From an uncultured delta proteobacterium (lineage in GTDB: Bacteria; Desulfobacterota; Desulfobacteria; Desulfobacterales; SG8-13), in assembly GCA_963779885.1 (NCBI GenBank), contig CAWAAN010000024.1, forward strand, positions 11,776 to 75,775: a stretch of DNA of 64,000 nucleotides. The letters are read 5' to 3'. The notes under the pieces were generated by a model, which was not told the origin of the DNA, did no database searches, and saw nothing but the letters and a program-made list of their open reading frames with translations. Positions 18,477 to 27,358 of the stretch are shown here, piece after piece (within the stretch, counting starts at the first letter, position 1; each line of letters begins with the position of its first letter). Position numbers and translations under genes: made by a program.

Positions 18477-20075
18477 TCACAGGTCCAGCACCACCTTGGT
18501 CGCGATGGCGATCTGGTACAGAATCTGCGTTATGTCCTTGATTGTTTGCAGGTTTTTGGTGTCGAAGCGCGGCAGAACCATGATATGATCGCCGGGCGCG
18601 ATTGTCGTATCAGCAGTCTCGAGGACTTCTCCATTCGGTTTGGCGACCAGGATGTGGCCCTTGTCGGCGCGATGGGAAAATCCGCCCGCCATGGCGATGT
18701 AGTCCCTGGAGTTCTTTCCCTTGGTAAAGACGATTGCCTGCGGCATGATGACCTCGCCGCTGATCACCACCACATCGCTCCTGGCGGGAATGACGATGAC
18801 GTCGCCATCCTCCAGGTTCAGGTCGCTGGTACGATTGGCGTGACCGACCACAACGGTGCCGTCGGGTTTGACGGTGTGGGCCTTGGCGACGAACTTGGCG
18901 ATCAGTTCGGCTTCCCGCACCCGGATCGTGGCCTCGTCGACACTCTGCGAAGTCGCGGTCAGGGACGTTTCCTCCAGTCGTCGCAAAGACTCTTCGAGCG
19001 CCTTCTTCTGCTGCTCCGCCACGCTTTTGCGCTGGATGTGAATACCGTCGAGGTTGGCCAGGTCGGGTTCCACGGGAATGAAGTTCAGCAGTTCGAGCAG
19101 GCGGGTGTTCTTCTTGACCGGATAACGGGAGGCGCCGACGATGGCGCCGCTGGCGGCCACCATGATGGTGTCGCCGGGCGTGTCGGCGTGAAAATCGACG
19201 GTATCGCCGTCCTCGAGCGTCATTTGCTGAAATTCCGCGATGGTCAAGTAGGTGTTGAAGGGCGCGCCGTTGCGGGCGCCGACGACGCTGGCGTGCGAGA
19301 CCTTGTGCAGCGGCGTGGCCAGTTCGGCCAACTGCCGCCCGATGATGGCGTCATCCGCTGGAAACTCGAACCGGGCGCTGTGACGCACCTGGCCCCGGGC
19401 CAGGACCCCGGCGCCGCGCTCACCGACCAATATCACGTCGCCCTCTTCCAACCGCGGCGTGGGCATCCGGCCATCGAGAATGAAGGGGTAAAGATCTATC
19501 TTGACCAGCAGACGGCCGTCGCGCAGAACCCGGATATTGCGGAAACTGCCGCGCTCGGCGTCGATACCGCCGGCCTGATCGAGGTAGTAGAGCACCGAAT
19601 CGGTCGGGCCGCCGGCGAAGCGGCCGGGCCGGGTGACGAAGCCCGTGACGTAAACCGCCACCGGCTGCGTGTTGATCAGATTGGTGTAGATTTCCACGTT
19701 GTTGGTGTAGACCGAGCGCACCCGCTGGGCCACGACCTGCGGCAGCTGGGCGTGCTTGAGCCCGGCAACCGGAACCGGGCCGACTTCCGGCAGAAACAGG
19801 TTGCCCCGGGCATCGACATCCAGCACGCCGTCGAAGTTGTGAGCCCCCCACAAGCGCACGGTGATGCGGTCACCGGGCATGATGACATAGTCGCCGTTGA
19901 GTTCATCGAAAGTTCCCTTGGCAAAGTTGCCCTGAAACAGGTCCGCACCGAACGGCGCGAGACCGGCGGCCGATGGCAGTGGCGACGCCGCGGCCGCCGC
20001 CGGTTGCGGTGGGGCGGCCGGTACGGTCGTGGCCGGCAGGCACAGGAGCAGTAAAAAGTAGATCAAACGGCGCAT
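18477..20075 (-). CDS. kpsD: periplasmic/outer-membrane polysaccharide export protein (KpsD/Wza-like, SLBB domains)
   Basis: Signal peptide MRRLIYFLLLLCLPATTVPA. Repeated GD.I.V and soluble-ligand-binding beta-grasp-like segments. Its position follows kpsE. Confidence 0.8.
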   Translation of the reverse strand: MRRLIYFLLLLCLPATTVPAAPPQPAAAAASPLPSAAGLAPFGADLFQGNFAKGTFDELNGDYVIMPGDRITVRLWGAHNFDGVLDVDARGNLFLPEVGPVPVAGLKHAQLPQVVAQRVRSVYTNNVEIYTNLINTQPVAVYVTGFVTRPGRFAGGPTDSVLYYLDQAGGIDAERGSFRNIRVLRDGRLLVKIDLYPFILDGRMPTPRLEEGDVILVGERGAGVLARGQVRHSARFEFPADDAIIGRQLAELATPLHKVSHASVVGARNGAPFNTYLTIAEFQQMTLEDGDTVDFHADTPGDTIMVAASGAIVGASRYPVKKNTRLLELLNFIPVEPDLANLDGIHIQRKSVAEQQKKALEESLRRLEETSLTATSQSVDEATIRVREAELIAKFVAKAHTVKPDGTVVVGHANRTSDLNLEDGDVIVIPARSDVVVISGEVIMPQAIVFTKGKNSRDYIAMAGGFSHRADKGHILVAKPNGEVLETADTTIAPGDHIMVLPRFDTKNLQTIKDITQILYQIAIATKVVLDL

Positions 20076-20076
20076 G

Positions 20077-21162
20077 TCAAAACCCCGCGTGTTCGCGAAT
20101 GGCGGCAATCATCAGCGAAAGGATGCCGAATATGAGAAGGGTGACGGCAAAGAAAATCAGGGTGGCGCGCACCCGGCGCGGATAAAGAGATTCGTCGGGC
20201 AGTGTCGGCTGGGCGAAGGCGACCAGGTAGCGGTTCTTGCCCTCGGCCCGCACCCGCGCGGCCTCCAGGGAGGCCAGGGCCGAGACATAGTGTCGTTCGG
20301 CAAATTCACGCTCGACCTGCAGCCGTTCGTAATCGAGGACCACCTCGTTGAGAACCTGGCCCTTGTTGCCGGTCAAGCGGCTTTTCTCCGCGCCGATCTG
20401 GCCTTCGAGCGCCGCCAGCCGGGCTTTGAGGCCCGTGATGCGGGCGCTGTCCTCGCGCATGAACGTGCGATCCTCGGCCAGTTCGGTCCTGGTTTTGACG
20501 GCCTCGGCCTCGAGCTGGGCCACCAGCGCCAGCATCGCGCCGGCAGCGGCTTCCGGGTTGAGCAACTCGCGCTGATTGCGGAAAGTTTTCATGGATTCGC
20601 GGGCCCTGGTCACCCGCTGCTCCGCCACCGCCACTTCGCTGCGCGCCAGGGCCAGGCTGTCCTGCAGTGATTTTTCCGCCAGCCGGTTCACCAGCTGTTC
20701 ACTCTGGGCCAGGATGGCCCGGGCCAGGTCGCGCGCCATTTCCGGGCTGTACGCCCGCACCGTCAATGAGAATATGCCGCTGGCCGGGTCGTATCCCACC
20801 TGCACGACTCTTTGGTAGTACTCGAGGAATTCCTCCCGGGTCGGCTCGCTTTCCAGCCTGGAAACGACATCGGCCGCGCGGCTCTGGTAGTGCTTGCGAA
20901 GCGATAGATTCTGCTCCAGCACCGCCAGCATGTCCGGTGACTGGATGTATTCCTGCACGACATAGGCGTCCGCCGCGGTGGAGCTGCCGGCGTGGCCGAA
21001 CAACGCCAGCCATTCGGGTCCGCCGCTGCCCTCGGCCCCGCGGATGGAGAAGCGGGCCTCGGAAACGTACATGTCGGTGGCCACGAAGGCAAAATAGACC
21101 AGGCCCAGCAGGGTCGGCAGACCGACGAAAAGCAGCAATCTGGCGCGCAGGGTCAATTTCAT
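20077..21162 (-). CDS. kpsE: capsule export inner-membrane polysaccharide co-polymerase (KpsE-like, PCP-3)
   Basis: 361 aa. N-terminal transmembrane segment followed by YVSEARFSIR, a long coiled-coil middle and a C-terminal transmembrane segment. Confidence 0.8.
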   Translation of the reverse strand: MKLTLRARLLLFVGLPTLLGLVYFAFVATDMYVSEARFSIRGAEGSGGPEWLALFGHAGSSTAADAYVVQEYIQSPDMLAVLEQNLSLRKHYQSRAADVVSRLESEPTREEFLEYYQRVVQVGYDPASGIFSLTVRAYSPEMARDLARAILAQSEQLVNRLAEKSLQDSLALARSEVAVAEQRVTRARESMKTFRNQRELLNPEAAAGAMLALVAQLEAEAVKTRTELAEDRTFMREDSARITGLKARLAALEGQIGAEKSRLTGNKGQVLNEVVLDYERLQVEREFAERHYVSALASLEAARVRAEGKNRYLVAFAQPTLPDESLYPRRVRATLIFFAVTLLIFGILSLMIAAIREHAGF

Positions 21163-21165
21163 GGG

Positions 21166-21846
21166 TCAGGCCCGGCCGGCATGCGGCCGCCCGCAGCCGT
21201 TGAGACGGTCATAGTGATCGATGGCGGCGGTCAGGTCGTCGAAAAAGATCAGATTGCTTCGATCGAGCACCGCGGCGGCATCGCAGTACTGGCGGATGGT
21301 GCGCGTGCTGTGCGATACCACGATCAGCGTGGCATTTTCCTTGCGGCGCTCGAACTCGGCCTTGCTCTTGCGTTTGAAAACCTCGTCGCCGACCGCGGTC
21401 ACCTCGTCGATGAGATAGTAGTCGAAGGCGATGGCCATACTCAGCCCGAAGGCCAGTTTGGCTTTCATGCCCGAAGAATAGGTATTGAGCGGCATTAGCA
21501 TGTAGTCGCCCAGTTCCGAGAATTCCTCCACGAACGCGGTCACCTTGCGGATGTCGGCGCCGTAGATGCGGCAGATGAAGCGCAGGTTTTCGCGGCCGCT
21601 GAGACTGCCGTGAAATCCTCCTGAAAATCCGATGGGCCACGACACGCTGCCGCGGCGCACGATCCGTCCGGAGGTCGGCATCTCGGCCCCGCCGATGAGC
21701 CGCAGCAGGGTCGACTTGCCGGCGCCGTTGCGGCCGAGAATGCCGATGTTGCATCCCGGCCGGAAGGTGGAATTGACATCTTCCAGCACGGTGTGCATCC
21801 CCTTGCGGGTACGGTAGCGCTTGCACAGGTTTAACAGCTCGATCAT
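21166..21846 (-). CDS. kpsT: capsule export ABC transporter ATP-binding protein
   Basis: 226 aa counted from MIELLNLCKRY. Walker A GRNGAGKST, signature YSSGM and Walker B YYLIDE. Its ATG overlaps the kpsM stop (ATGA). Confidence 0.9.
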   Translation of the reverse strand: MIELLNLCKRYRTRKGMHTVLEDVNSTFRPGCNIGILGRNGAGKSTLLRLIGGAEMPTSGRIVRRGSVSWPIGFSGGFHGSLSGRENLRFICRIYGADIRKVTAFVEEFSELGDYMLMPLNTYSSGMKAKLAFGLSMAIAFDYYLIDEVTAVGDEVFKRKSKAEFERRKENATLIVVSHSTRTIRQYCDAAAVLDRSNLIFFDDLTAAIDHYDRLNGCGRPHAGRA

Positions 21847-22628
21847 ACCTCCTGCTCCATGTAGCGTCGGGAATAGCGCTCGAGCAGCAGCCCCAGGAAA
21901 AGGGTCACCAGCACGAAGCCGAAGACATACGGCAGGTAGGCGAAGCGGCTGCTGAAACCGGCCGACATGCCGCTGCGCAGCGATTCGATCACATGCGAGA
22001 GCGGGTTGAAGAACAGGTAGCGCTGCGCCGTCAGGGGCATGGCGTCGACCGAAAAGAACAACCCGGAAACGAAAAACATCACGCGCAGTATCAGCGGCAC
22101 CACGCGGGCGGTGGCCGGCCACATCAAGTTGAGGGCCGAGCAGAGTGCGCCCATGCCGTAGCCCAAAAAAAGGGTCAGGGTCAGCGCCTCCAGGATGCGG
22201 GCCGGGTCCCGCAGCGTCACCCGATAGTCCATGGCCTGCGCGACGCCCAGCAGCACCGCCATGACGCAGACGTACATGGCCCCTTGCAGCAGTGCCCGGG
22301 CGGTCAGAACATCCAGCGGGAACACCTGCGGATAGGCCAGCAGCGCCCGGTTGCCGCCGACCGCGTTCAACCCGCTCGAAACCGTGTCGGAAAACAGATA
22401 CCAGGGAATGAATCCGCCAATCAGAAAAACCGGCGTCGACATCCCGTGGGGGGCGGCAAACCCGCCGAAATCGCGGATGGCCCAGAAGATGCCGATCGAG
22501 AAGGCGGCATTGATCAGGGCCCACAGATACCCCAGCTTGTGCTTGCCGAACAGGGTCTTGGTCTCGCGCAGCATCAGCGCCCAGACAACCCGCCCCTGCA
22601 CCCGGGCCGCCGCTTGCAGGCCCGTCAT
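21843..22628 (-). CDS. kpsM: capsule export ABC-2 type permease
   Basis: About 261 aa counted from MTGLQAAARVQ. Six hydrophobic segments give an ABC-2 topology. The ATG overlaps the stop of the upstream lipoprotein gene. Confidence 0.85.
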   Translation of the reverse strand: MTGLQAAARVQGRVVWALMLRETKTLFGKHKLGYLWALINAAFSIGIFWAIRDFGGFAAPHGMSTPVFLIGGFIPWYLFSDTVSSGLNAVGGNRALLAYPQVFPLDVLTARALLQGAMYVCVMAVLLGVAQAMDYRVTLRDPARILEALTLTLFLGYGMGALCSALNLMWPATARVVPLILRVMFFVSGLFFSVDAMPLTAQRYLFFNPLSHVIESLRSGMSAGFSSRFAYLPYVFGFVLVTLFLGLLLERYSRRYMEQEV

Positions 22629-23005
22629 CGGCTTTCCTTCACCGGCGTGCCCCCCCAGATGCGCGGCTCCAGGACCCACTCGCCCGTACTATTCGCGCAG
22701 ACCGCGACCGGTTCACCGAGCGGGTTGCCGTCAAACACCTGGACCCGCCGGCACTGCCGGCCGGCCGCCGAAAAATAAGCGCGCTCGATCACGGCGGTGA
22801 CGGTGCCGCCCAGCTCCGGCGCGTCGATGACGGTCCGGCTGCCGGGCGCCTGGGTACCGGCCCAAACCGCAAAAGCGCTCTGGCGCAATTTCTGCGGGGA
22901 GTCGACCGGGCTCGTCCCGGAATGAGCGCAAGCCGCGAACAACACCACCAGCCCCAGAACCAGCGTGCGGGACCTGCAGCCCGAAACGGCCGCTGCGGTT
23001 ATCAA
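22625..23005 (-). CDS. small lipoprotein embedded between kpsF and kpsM
   Basis: Signal peptide plus lipobox (LVLGLVVLFAAC). The TTG start overlaps the kpsF stop, and its own stop overlaps the kpsM ATG. Only the last ~126 codons of the listed 466-aa ORF look real. Confidence 0.6.
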   Translation of the reverse strand: MITAAAVSGCRSRTLVLGLVVLFAACAHSGTSPVDSPQKLRQSAFAVWAGTQAPGSRTVIDAPELGGTVTAVIERAYFSAAGRQCRRVQVFDGNPLGEPVAVCANSTGEWVLEPRIWGGTPVKESR

Positions 23006-23979
23006 AAGATCTCCACCACGCCCGATACCCGGCCCTCGCCATTCAGGGCCACGAGCGCCTTGATCTTGCGCCGGCTCATGAGCTGCTCGGCCTTGCTCCA
23101 GAGCGACGTCTCGGAGATCGTGACCGGGTCGCGGTGCATGATATCGGTGGCCGTGTTGTTTGAAATGGAAAAGCCGGTATTCATCATCGCCCGGCGCAGG
23201 TCGCCGTCGGTAATGATTCCCAGCAGCCGCTCGCCATCCATGATCAGCGCCAGGCCCATCCGTCCGCGGCTCATGACCCAGATGGTCTCGCGCACCGAGG
23301 TGTCCGGGCCGATAATGGGAAAGCCCTTCTCGCGGCGGTGGTGCATGAGGTCCATCACCCGGCTCAGCAGGCGCCGGCCCAGTGAGCCGCAGGGGTGATA
23401 GAGCGCAAAGTCGTCCGGCTGAAACCCGCGCAGGCGCATGAGCGTGACCGCCAGGGCATCGCCCAGCGACATGGCGACGAGCGTGGAGGTTGTGGGGGCC
23501 AGGTTGTAAGGACAGATTTCCCGTTCCACGGGCAGCACCAGAACGATGTCGGCCTCGCGCGCCAGGCTCGACGCCCTTTGTCCGACCATGGCGATGATGC
23601 GGATATCGAAGCGTTGGAGGAAAGGCAGCAGATTCAGGATTTCCCGGGTTTCGCCGCTGTTGCTGATGAGCATGATCAGGGCGGCCGGCCGGATCATGCC
23701 CAGATCGCCGTGAACGGCCTCGGCCGGGTGCACGAAGAAGCTGGGCGTTCCGGTGGAAGAAAAGGTCGCCGCCATCTTGCGGCCGACCAGGCCCGACTTG
23801 CCCATGCCGCTGATCACCAGATGCCCGGAGGTCGAGAGAATCGCCTGTGCGGCGCGATCGAAGGACTCGTCGAGCGAAAGGGCCAGGTTTTGCAGCGAAC
23901 AGGCCTGTTCCCGGATGGCCTCCGCGCCAAAAAGGGCCGTTGGCAGTGCGATATCTTCGCCGGCCTCGGAAAGATTCAT
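23002..23979 (-). CDS. kpsF: arabinose-5-phosphate isomerase (SIS domain plus two CBS domains)
   Basis: 325 aa. SIS motif VISGMGKSG and a CBS pair at the C-terminus. It is the first gene of the kps cluster. Confidence 0.9.
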   Translation of the reverse strand: MNLSEAGEDIALPTALFGAEAIREQACSLQNLALSLDESFDRAAQAILSTSGHLVISGMGKSGLVGRKMAATFSSTGTPSFFVHPAEAVHGDLGMIRPAALIMLISNSGETREILNLLPFLQRFDIRIIAMVGQRASSLAREADIVLVLPVEREICPYNLAPTTSTLVAMSLGDALAVTLMRLRGFQPDDFALYHPCGSLGRRLLSRVMDLMHHRREKGFPIIGPDTSVRETIWVMSRGRMGLALIMDGERLLGIITDGDLRRAMMNTGFSISNNTATDIMHRDPVTISETSLWSKAEQLMSRRKIKALVALNGEGRVSGVVEIF

Positions 23980-24141
23980 CGATTATCCTTTGCCATGAGC
24001 GGTTCCCGAATGACGCCGTGAACAAACTTTTTTCGCCGAAGTTGCCGCCGTGTCACAACAGGCAGCACCGGCGGGCTCGACCGGTCGGCGCCATTGGCTG
24101 TGGTTCAAATTGGACGGGGGCGTTTTTCTTCGCGCAGTTTT

Positions 24142-24157
24142 TGCAATCTTCGGGCCA
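24142..24157 (-). promoter_or_regulatory. candidate sigma-54 promoter upstream of kpsF
   Basis: The minus strand reads TGGCCC-GAAGA-TTGCA. GG and GC are at the consensus -24/-12 spacing of TGGCAC-N5-TTGCA. It lies 163 nt upstream of the kpsF ATG. Confidence 0.35.
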
Positions 24158-24311
24158 GAAGCCCACCAGTTGTACAAGAAAAACAGGCACCAAATTTTTA
24201 AATATATTTCAGAATGTTACAGATGAAAAAGGGCCGGTATTTATAAAAGGGGTCCGCGCGTCAGCGAAAAAAAGCGCCAACAAATTGACTGGTCGCCAAG
24301 AAGAAGGTCGT

Positions 24312-24716
24312 TTAATTGGGTAGGCCGAGAACATGCCGCTGGTGAAAGACGCGGATCAAATCCCGTCTGAACTTCACATTGTCGGCATGTTCGCCCTTCA
24401 AGCTGATGCCGGAATTGAAAACGCGCAGGGACACCTCGCGCGAGAAGATCACCTTGCCCACGATTTCGATCAGGTTATTCTCCACATCGGTGGCCACCAG
24501 GAATATATACTTTGACCCGATGTATTCGCATGTTTCCAACAGGATACCGGTCTGGCTCACATTGATGGCCTTGCCGATCCCCTGGCCGATTTTCGATCCT
24601 TTTTCGTTGACCAGGGCGTAGGTGATCGGATTGTTCGCGGCAACCCGCGGATAGCGTCTGCGCTCCGCATCACTTGTTTCCGGTTCCATGCTCTCGATTG
24701 TCATGCAGACGCTCAT
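24312..24716 (-). CDS. single-domain PilZ protein (c-di-GMP receptor family)
   Basis: RRRYPRV (RxxxR) and NVSQTGILL (D/NxSxxG) motifs. The exact start is uncertain (24716, 24704 or 24689). The longer ORF start at 24902 lies inside an intrinsic terminator. Confidence 0.75.
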   Translation of the reverse strand: MSVCMTIESMEPETSDAERRRYPRVAANNPITYALVNEKGSKIGQGIGKAINVSQTGILLETCEYIGSKYIFLVATDVENNLIEIVGKVIFSREVSLRVFNSGISLKGEHADNVKFRRDLIRVFHQRHVLGLPN

Positions 24717-24873
24717 TTTGGTTGCGGTGACGGTGGCTGTCATGCGGACCGGATCGGCTGCGGCACACGCGCGCCATCCGCATGACCAGGGGGCGCCGGG
24801 CACAATTTCTCCGGCAACGGACAAACCATCCGCCGGTTTGCTCTGGCACCGGATCAGATAAGCCACCGCCTGA

Positions 24874-24912
24874 CGAAAAAAAGCCGGGCTGCCCAAGGGC
24901 AACCCGGCTTTT
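24874..24912 (-). terminator. rho-independent terminator
   Basis: On the minus strand, AAAAGCCGGG-(14-nt loop with inner GCCC/GGGC pairing)-CCCGGCTTTT is followed by a run totalling 7 T. It lies downstream of the 2-hydroxyacid dehydrogenase gene. Confidence 0.55.
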
Positions 24913-25123
24913 CGGTAACGAACCCCGGCAACCCGGCTGTCTCGATTCGAGACCCGTGGCTTTCCGTCTCCCGATCACTCGGGATTTGGCACTTTCAGTG
25001 GCTGATTTCTTTTATTATTATCGGTAATTATAGCAGAGAGCCGCTCATCCGTCAATTAGGGGGCGTTGAAAAAAATGGTTATCCCGGCGGCGCGGTGACA
25101 CGCCAGAAAGGCGACCCCGATGA

Positions 25124-26269
25124 TCACCCCGTGTCGGCGGAAATGCCCATTTCCACGGCGTTGATCAGGCTGGGAATGGCGGGCGGCGGATCGCCGGCTA
25201 AAAAGGGCGCCATGTCGTCTTGTCCCCAAACCGGATAGCCCGCCAGGATGCCGGCGATATTACTGGCGGCCAGAATGGCCATCCCCTCGCGGGTCCAGCG
25301 GGTGGCCGAGGCGATGTGGGGCACGATGACGACATTTTCCAACTCAACCAAACCGGGGCAGAGGGTCGGCTCGTCTTCGAAAACATCCAGGCCGGCCCGA
25401 AAATCCGGATGCCTGCGGCAGTGGGCGACCAGGGCGGCCTCATCGATGACCGGGCCGCGACTGGTGTTGATCAACAGGGCGTTGGCTTTCATCAGGGCCA
25501 GGCGTTCGGCATCGATGAGGTGACGGGTGGCATCGCTCAAAACGGTGTGAAGGCTGACGCAGTCGGCGGTGCGCAGCACCTCCTCGATCGTATCCGCGCG
25601 GCGGCAGGCCACCGGCGGCTGGCCGCGCTGCGCCAGATATCGGGCGTAGGCCCTGACATCCTCTTCCAATTCCCGGTTGGGGTGCGGGTCGAAGTAGATC
25701 AGATCCGTCTTGTGCCCCTCGACCATCATGCGGCCGAAGGCCGCTCCGATGCGTCCCGCCCCGATCAGACCGACTGTCTTGCGCCACAGCAGTTCTCCCT
25801 GAAACAGGGTCGGCAGCCAGCCGCGGTACTTGCCGGCTCTCAAGAAACGTTCGGATTCGCCGACCCGCCGGGCGGCCGCAAACGCCAGGGCCACCGCCAT
25901 CTCGGCCGTGGCTTCCGTCAGGACGCCGGGGGTGTTGCCCACCGGGATCTTGTGCCGGTTGGCGGCGGCCACATCCACATTGTTGAAGCCGACGGCGTAG
26001 TTGCTGTAGGCCCGGCCCCCGGCGGCTGCGAGGGCCGCGAACAGCACCTCGCCCCAGCCTTCGGTCAACTGCCCGATGGCGGCGTCGCAGCGCGTGCCGA
26101 AGGCGGCCTTGATGTCTTCGGTCGCCAGAACCTCGGAAGATGTGCAGATCTCGACCCGGCAACCGGCCGCCGCTAAAATGTCCAGCCACCGCTGCCCGGG
26201 CAACTCCTTGGTCACCACGATCCGCCGGCGCCCGCCGGGATTGTGCACCCGCCATTTTTTCGAAGCCAT
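25124..26269 (-). CDS. D-isomer-specific 2-hydroxyacid dehydrogenase (hydroxypyruvate/glyoxylate reductase-like)
   Basis: 381 aa. NAD-binding motif GLIGAGRIGAAFGR and catalytic-region sequence PHIASAT. Confidence 0.85.
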   Translation of the reverse strand: MASKKWRVHNPGGRRRIVVTKELPGQRWLDILAAAGCRVEICTSSEVLATEDIKAAFGTRCDAAIGQLTEGWGEVLFAALAAAGGRAYSNYAVGFNNVDVAAANRHKIPVGNTPGVLTEATAEMAVALAFAAARRVGESERFLRAGKYRGWLPTLFQGELLWRKTVGLIGAGRIGAAFGRMMVEGHKTDLIYFDPHPNRELEEDVRAYARYLAQRGQPPVACRRADTIEEVLRTADCVSLHTVLSDATRHLIDAERLALMKANALLINTSRGPVIDEAALVAHCRRHPDFRAGLDVFEDEPTLCPGLVELENVVIVPHIASATRWTREGMAILAASNIAGILAGYPVWGQDDMAPFLAGDPPPAIPSLINAVEMGISADTG

Positions 26270-26332
26270 CGACCTCCCCCTCGCGATTCTCTTTCCGGTG
26301 ATTCCTTCGCTTGGTCGGATCTTGCAAACCCG

Positions 26333-27358
26333 TCAACGATTTTTGCGGCCTAAGACCTCTGTCACGGCTTGCACGATATGCCGGGCCGACAAGCCGTATT
26401 TGTCGAGCAGGTCCTGGTAGGGGCCTGATTCGGCGAAGGTGTCCCGCACGCCGATCCGCTTCATCGGCACCGGATCATTCTCCACCAGCACTTCGGCCAC
26501 CGCACTGCCCAGCCCGCCGAAAAAAACATTGTTCTCGGCGGTCACGATCGCTCCGGTTTCCGCGGCCGCCCGCAGCACCGCCTCGACATCCAGCGGTTTG
26601 AGGGTGGGGCAGTCGATCACCCGCACTTCGATCCCCTGGCCCGCCAGCCTGTCCGCCGCCACCAGGGCATGGGCGGTCAAATCGCGCAGCGCGAAAATGG
26701 CCGCATCGAAGCCCTCGCGCACCAGCACGGCCTTGCCGATCTCGAAAGGATAGTCCGGCGTGAAGATCTTCGGCACCGGATCGCGCGTGAAGCTCAGATA
26801 AACCGGTCCGTCGTAGGCGGCCGCGGCGGCGACGGCCATGGCGGTCGTGTCGGCATCGGCCGGAGCGATCACGGTGGAGTTGGCGATCGCGCGCATGATC
26901 GACAGGTCCTCCTGACCCTGATGGGTGACCCCGTCCGGACCCGGTGTAATCCCGCTGTGGCTGGCGGCGATCTTGACGTTCAGGCGCGGGTAGCAAATGC
27001 TGTTGCGCACCATGTCAAGGGCCCTCAGACTGGCGAAGACCGCATAGGTCGAGGCAAAGGGGATCAGACCGGTGGTGGCCATACCGGCGGCGGCGGCAAA
27101 CATGTTCTGTTCGGCGATGCCGAAATTAAACGACCGCTCGGGGAACTTTTCGGCAAACTTGCTGGTGCCGATCGATTTGGAGACGTCGGCGTCGAGCGCC
27201 ACCACCAGCGGGTTGCGGGCACCGATGTCGAGCAGGGCCCTGGCAAAAGACGCCCGCGTCGGCTCGGCCTCCGCGGCGGTGAAAAGAGTGTCGGCCGAAA
27301 GCATCGCCACGATGTCGGCGCGGACGTAACGGTAGGGCCCTCGCACGGTATTTCTCAC
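26333..27358 (-). CDS. transketolase, C-terminal (pyrimidine-binding) subunit
   Basis: FNFGIAEQNM motif. The GTG start overlaps the stop of the N-terminal subunit gene (GTGA), with AGGAGG 8 nt upstream. Confidence 0.9.
   Translation of the reverse strand: MRNTVRGPYRYVRADIVAMLSADTLFTAAEAEPTRASFARALLDIGARNPLVVALDADVSKSIGTSKFAEKFPERSFNFGIAEQNMFAAAAGMATTGLIPFASTYAVFASLRALDMVRNSICYPRLNVKIAASHSGITPGPDGVTHQGQEDLSIMRAIANSTVIAPADADTTAMAVAAAAAYDGPVYLSFTRDPVPKIFTPDYPFEIGKAVLVREGFDAAIFALRDLTAHALVAADRLAGQGIEVRVIDCPTLKPLDVEAVLRAAAETGAIVTAENNVFFGGLGSAVAEVLVENDPVPMKRIGVRDTFAESGPYQDLLDKYGLSARHIVQAVTEVLGRKNR

Noticed and set aside
21166-22524. 452-aa version of the KpsT ORF
   Set aside because: The N-terminal 226 codons overlap kpsM out of frame and are Arg/Gly/Pro-rich. 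The ABC ATPase begins at MIELLN (21846), coupled to the kpsM stop.
22625-24025. 466-aa ORF spanning kpsF on the same strand
   Set aside because: It is out of frame with kpsF over most of its length and has low-complexity Arg/Pro/Gly content. Only the last ~126 codons (the lipoprotein, 22625-23005) look genuine.
24717-24902. Long N-terminal extension of the PilZ ORF
   Set aside because: The extension contains the intrinsic terminator hairpin (24874-24912) and has no PilZ-related sequence.
24983-25000. TGGCAC at 24985-24990 as a sigma-54 -24 element
   Set aside because: The sequence 5 nt downstream is GTGGCT. It has no TTGC/GC at the -12 spacing, and no plus-strand gene follows.
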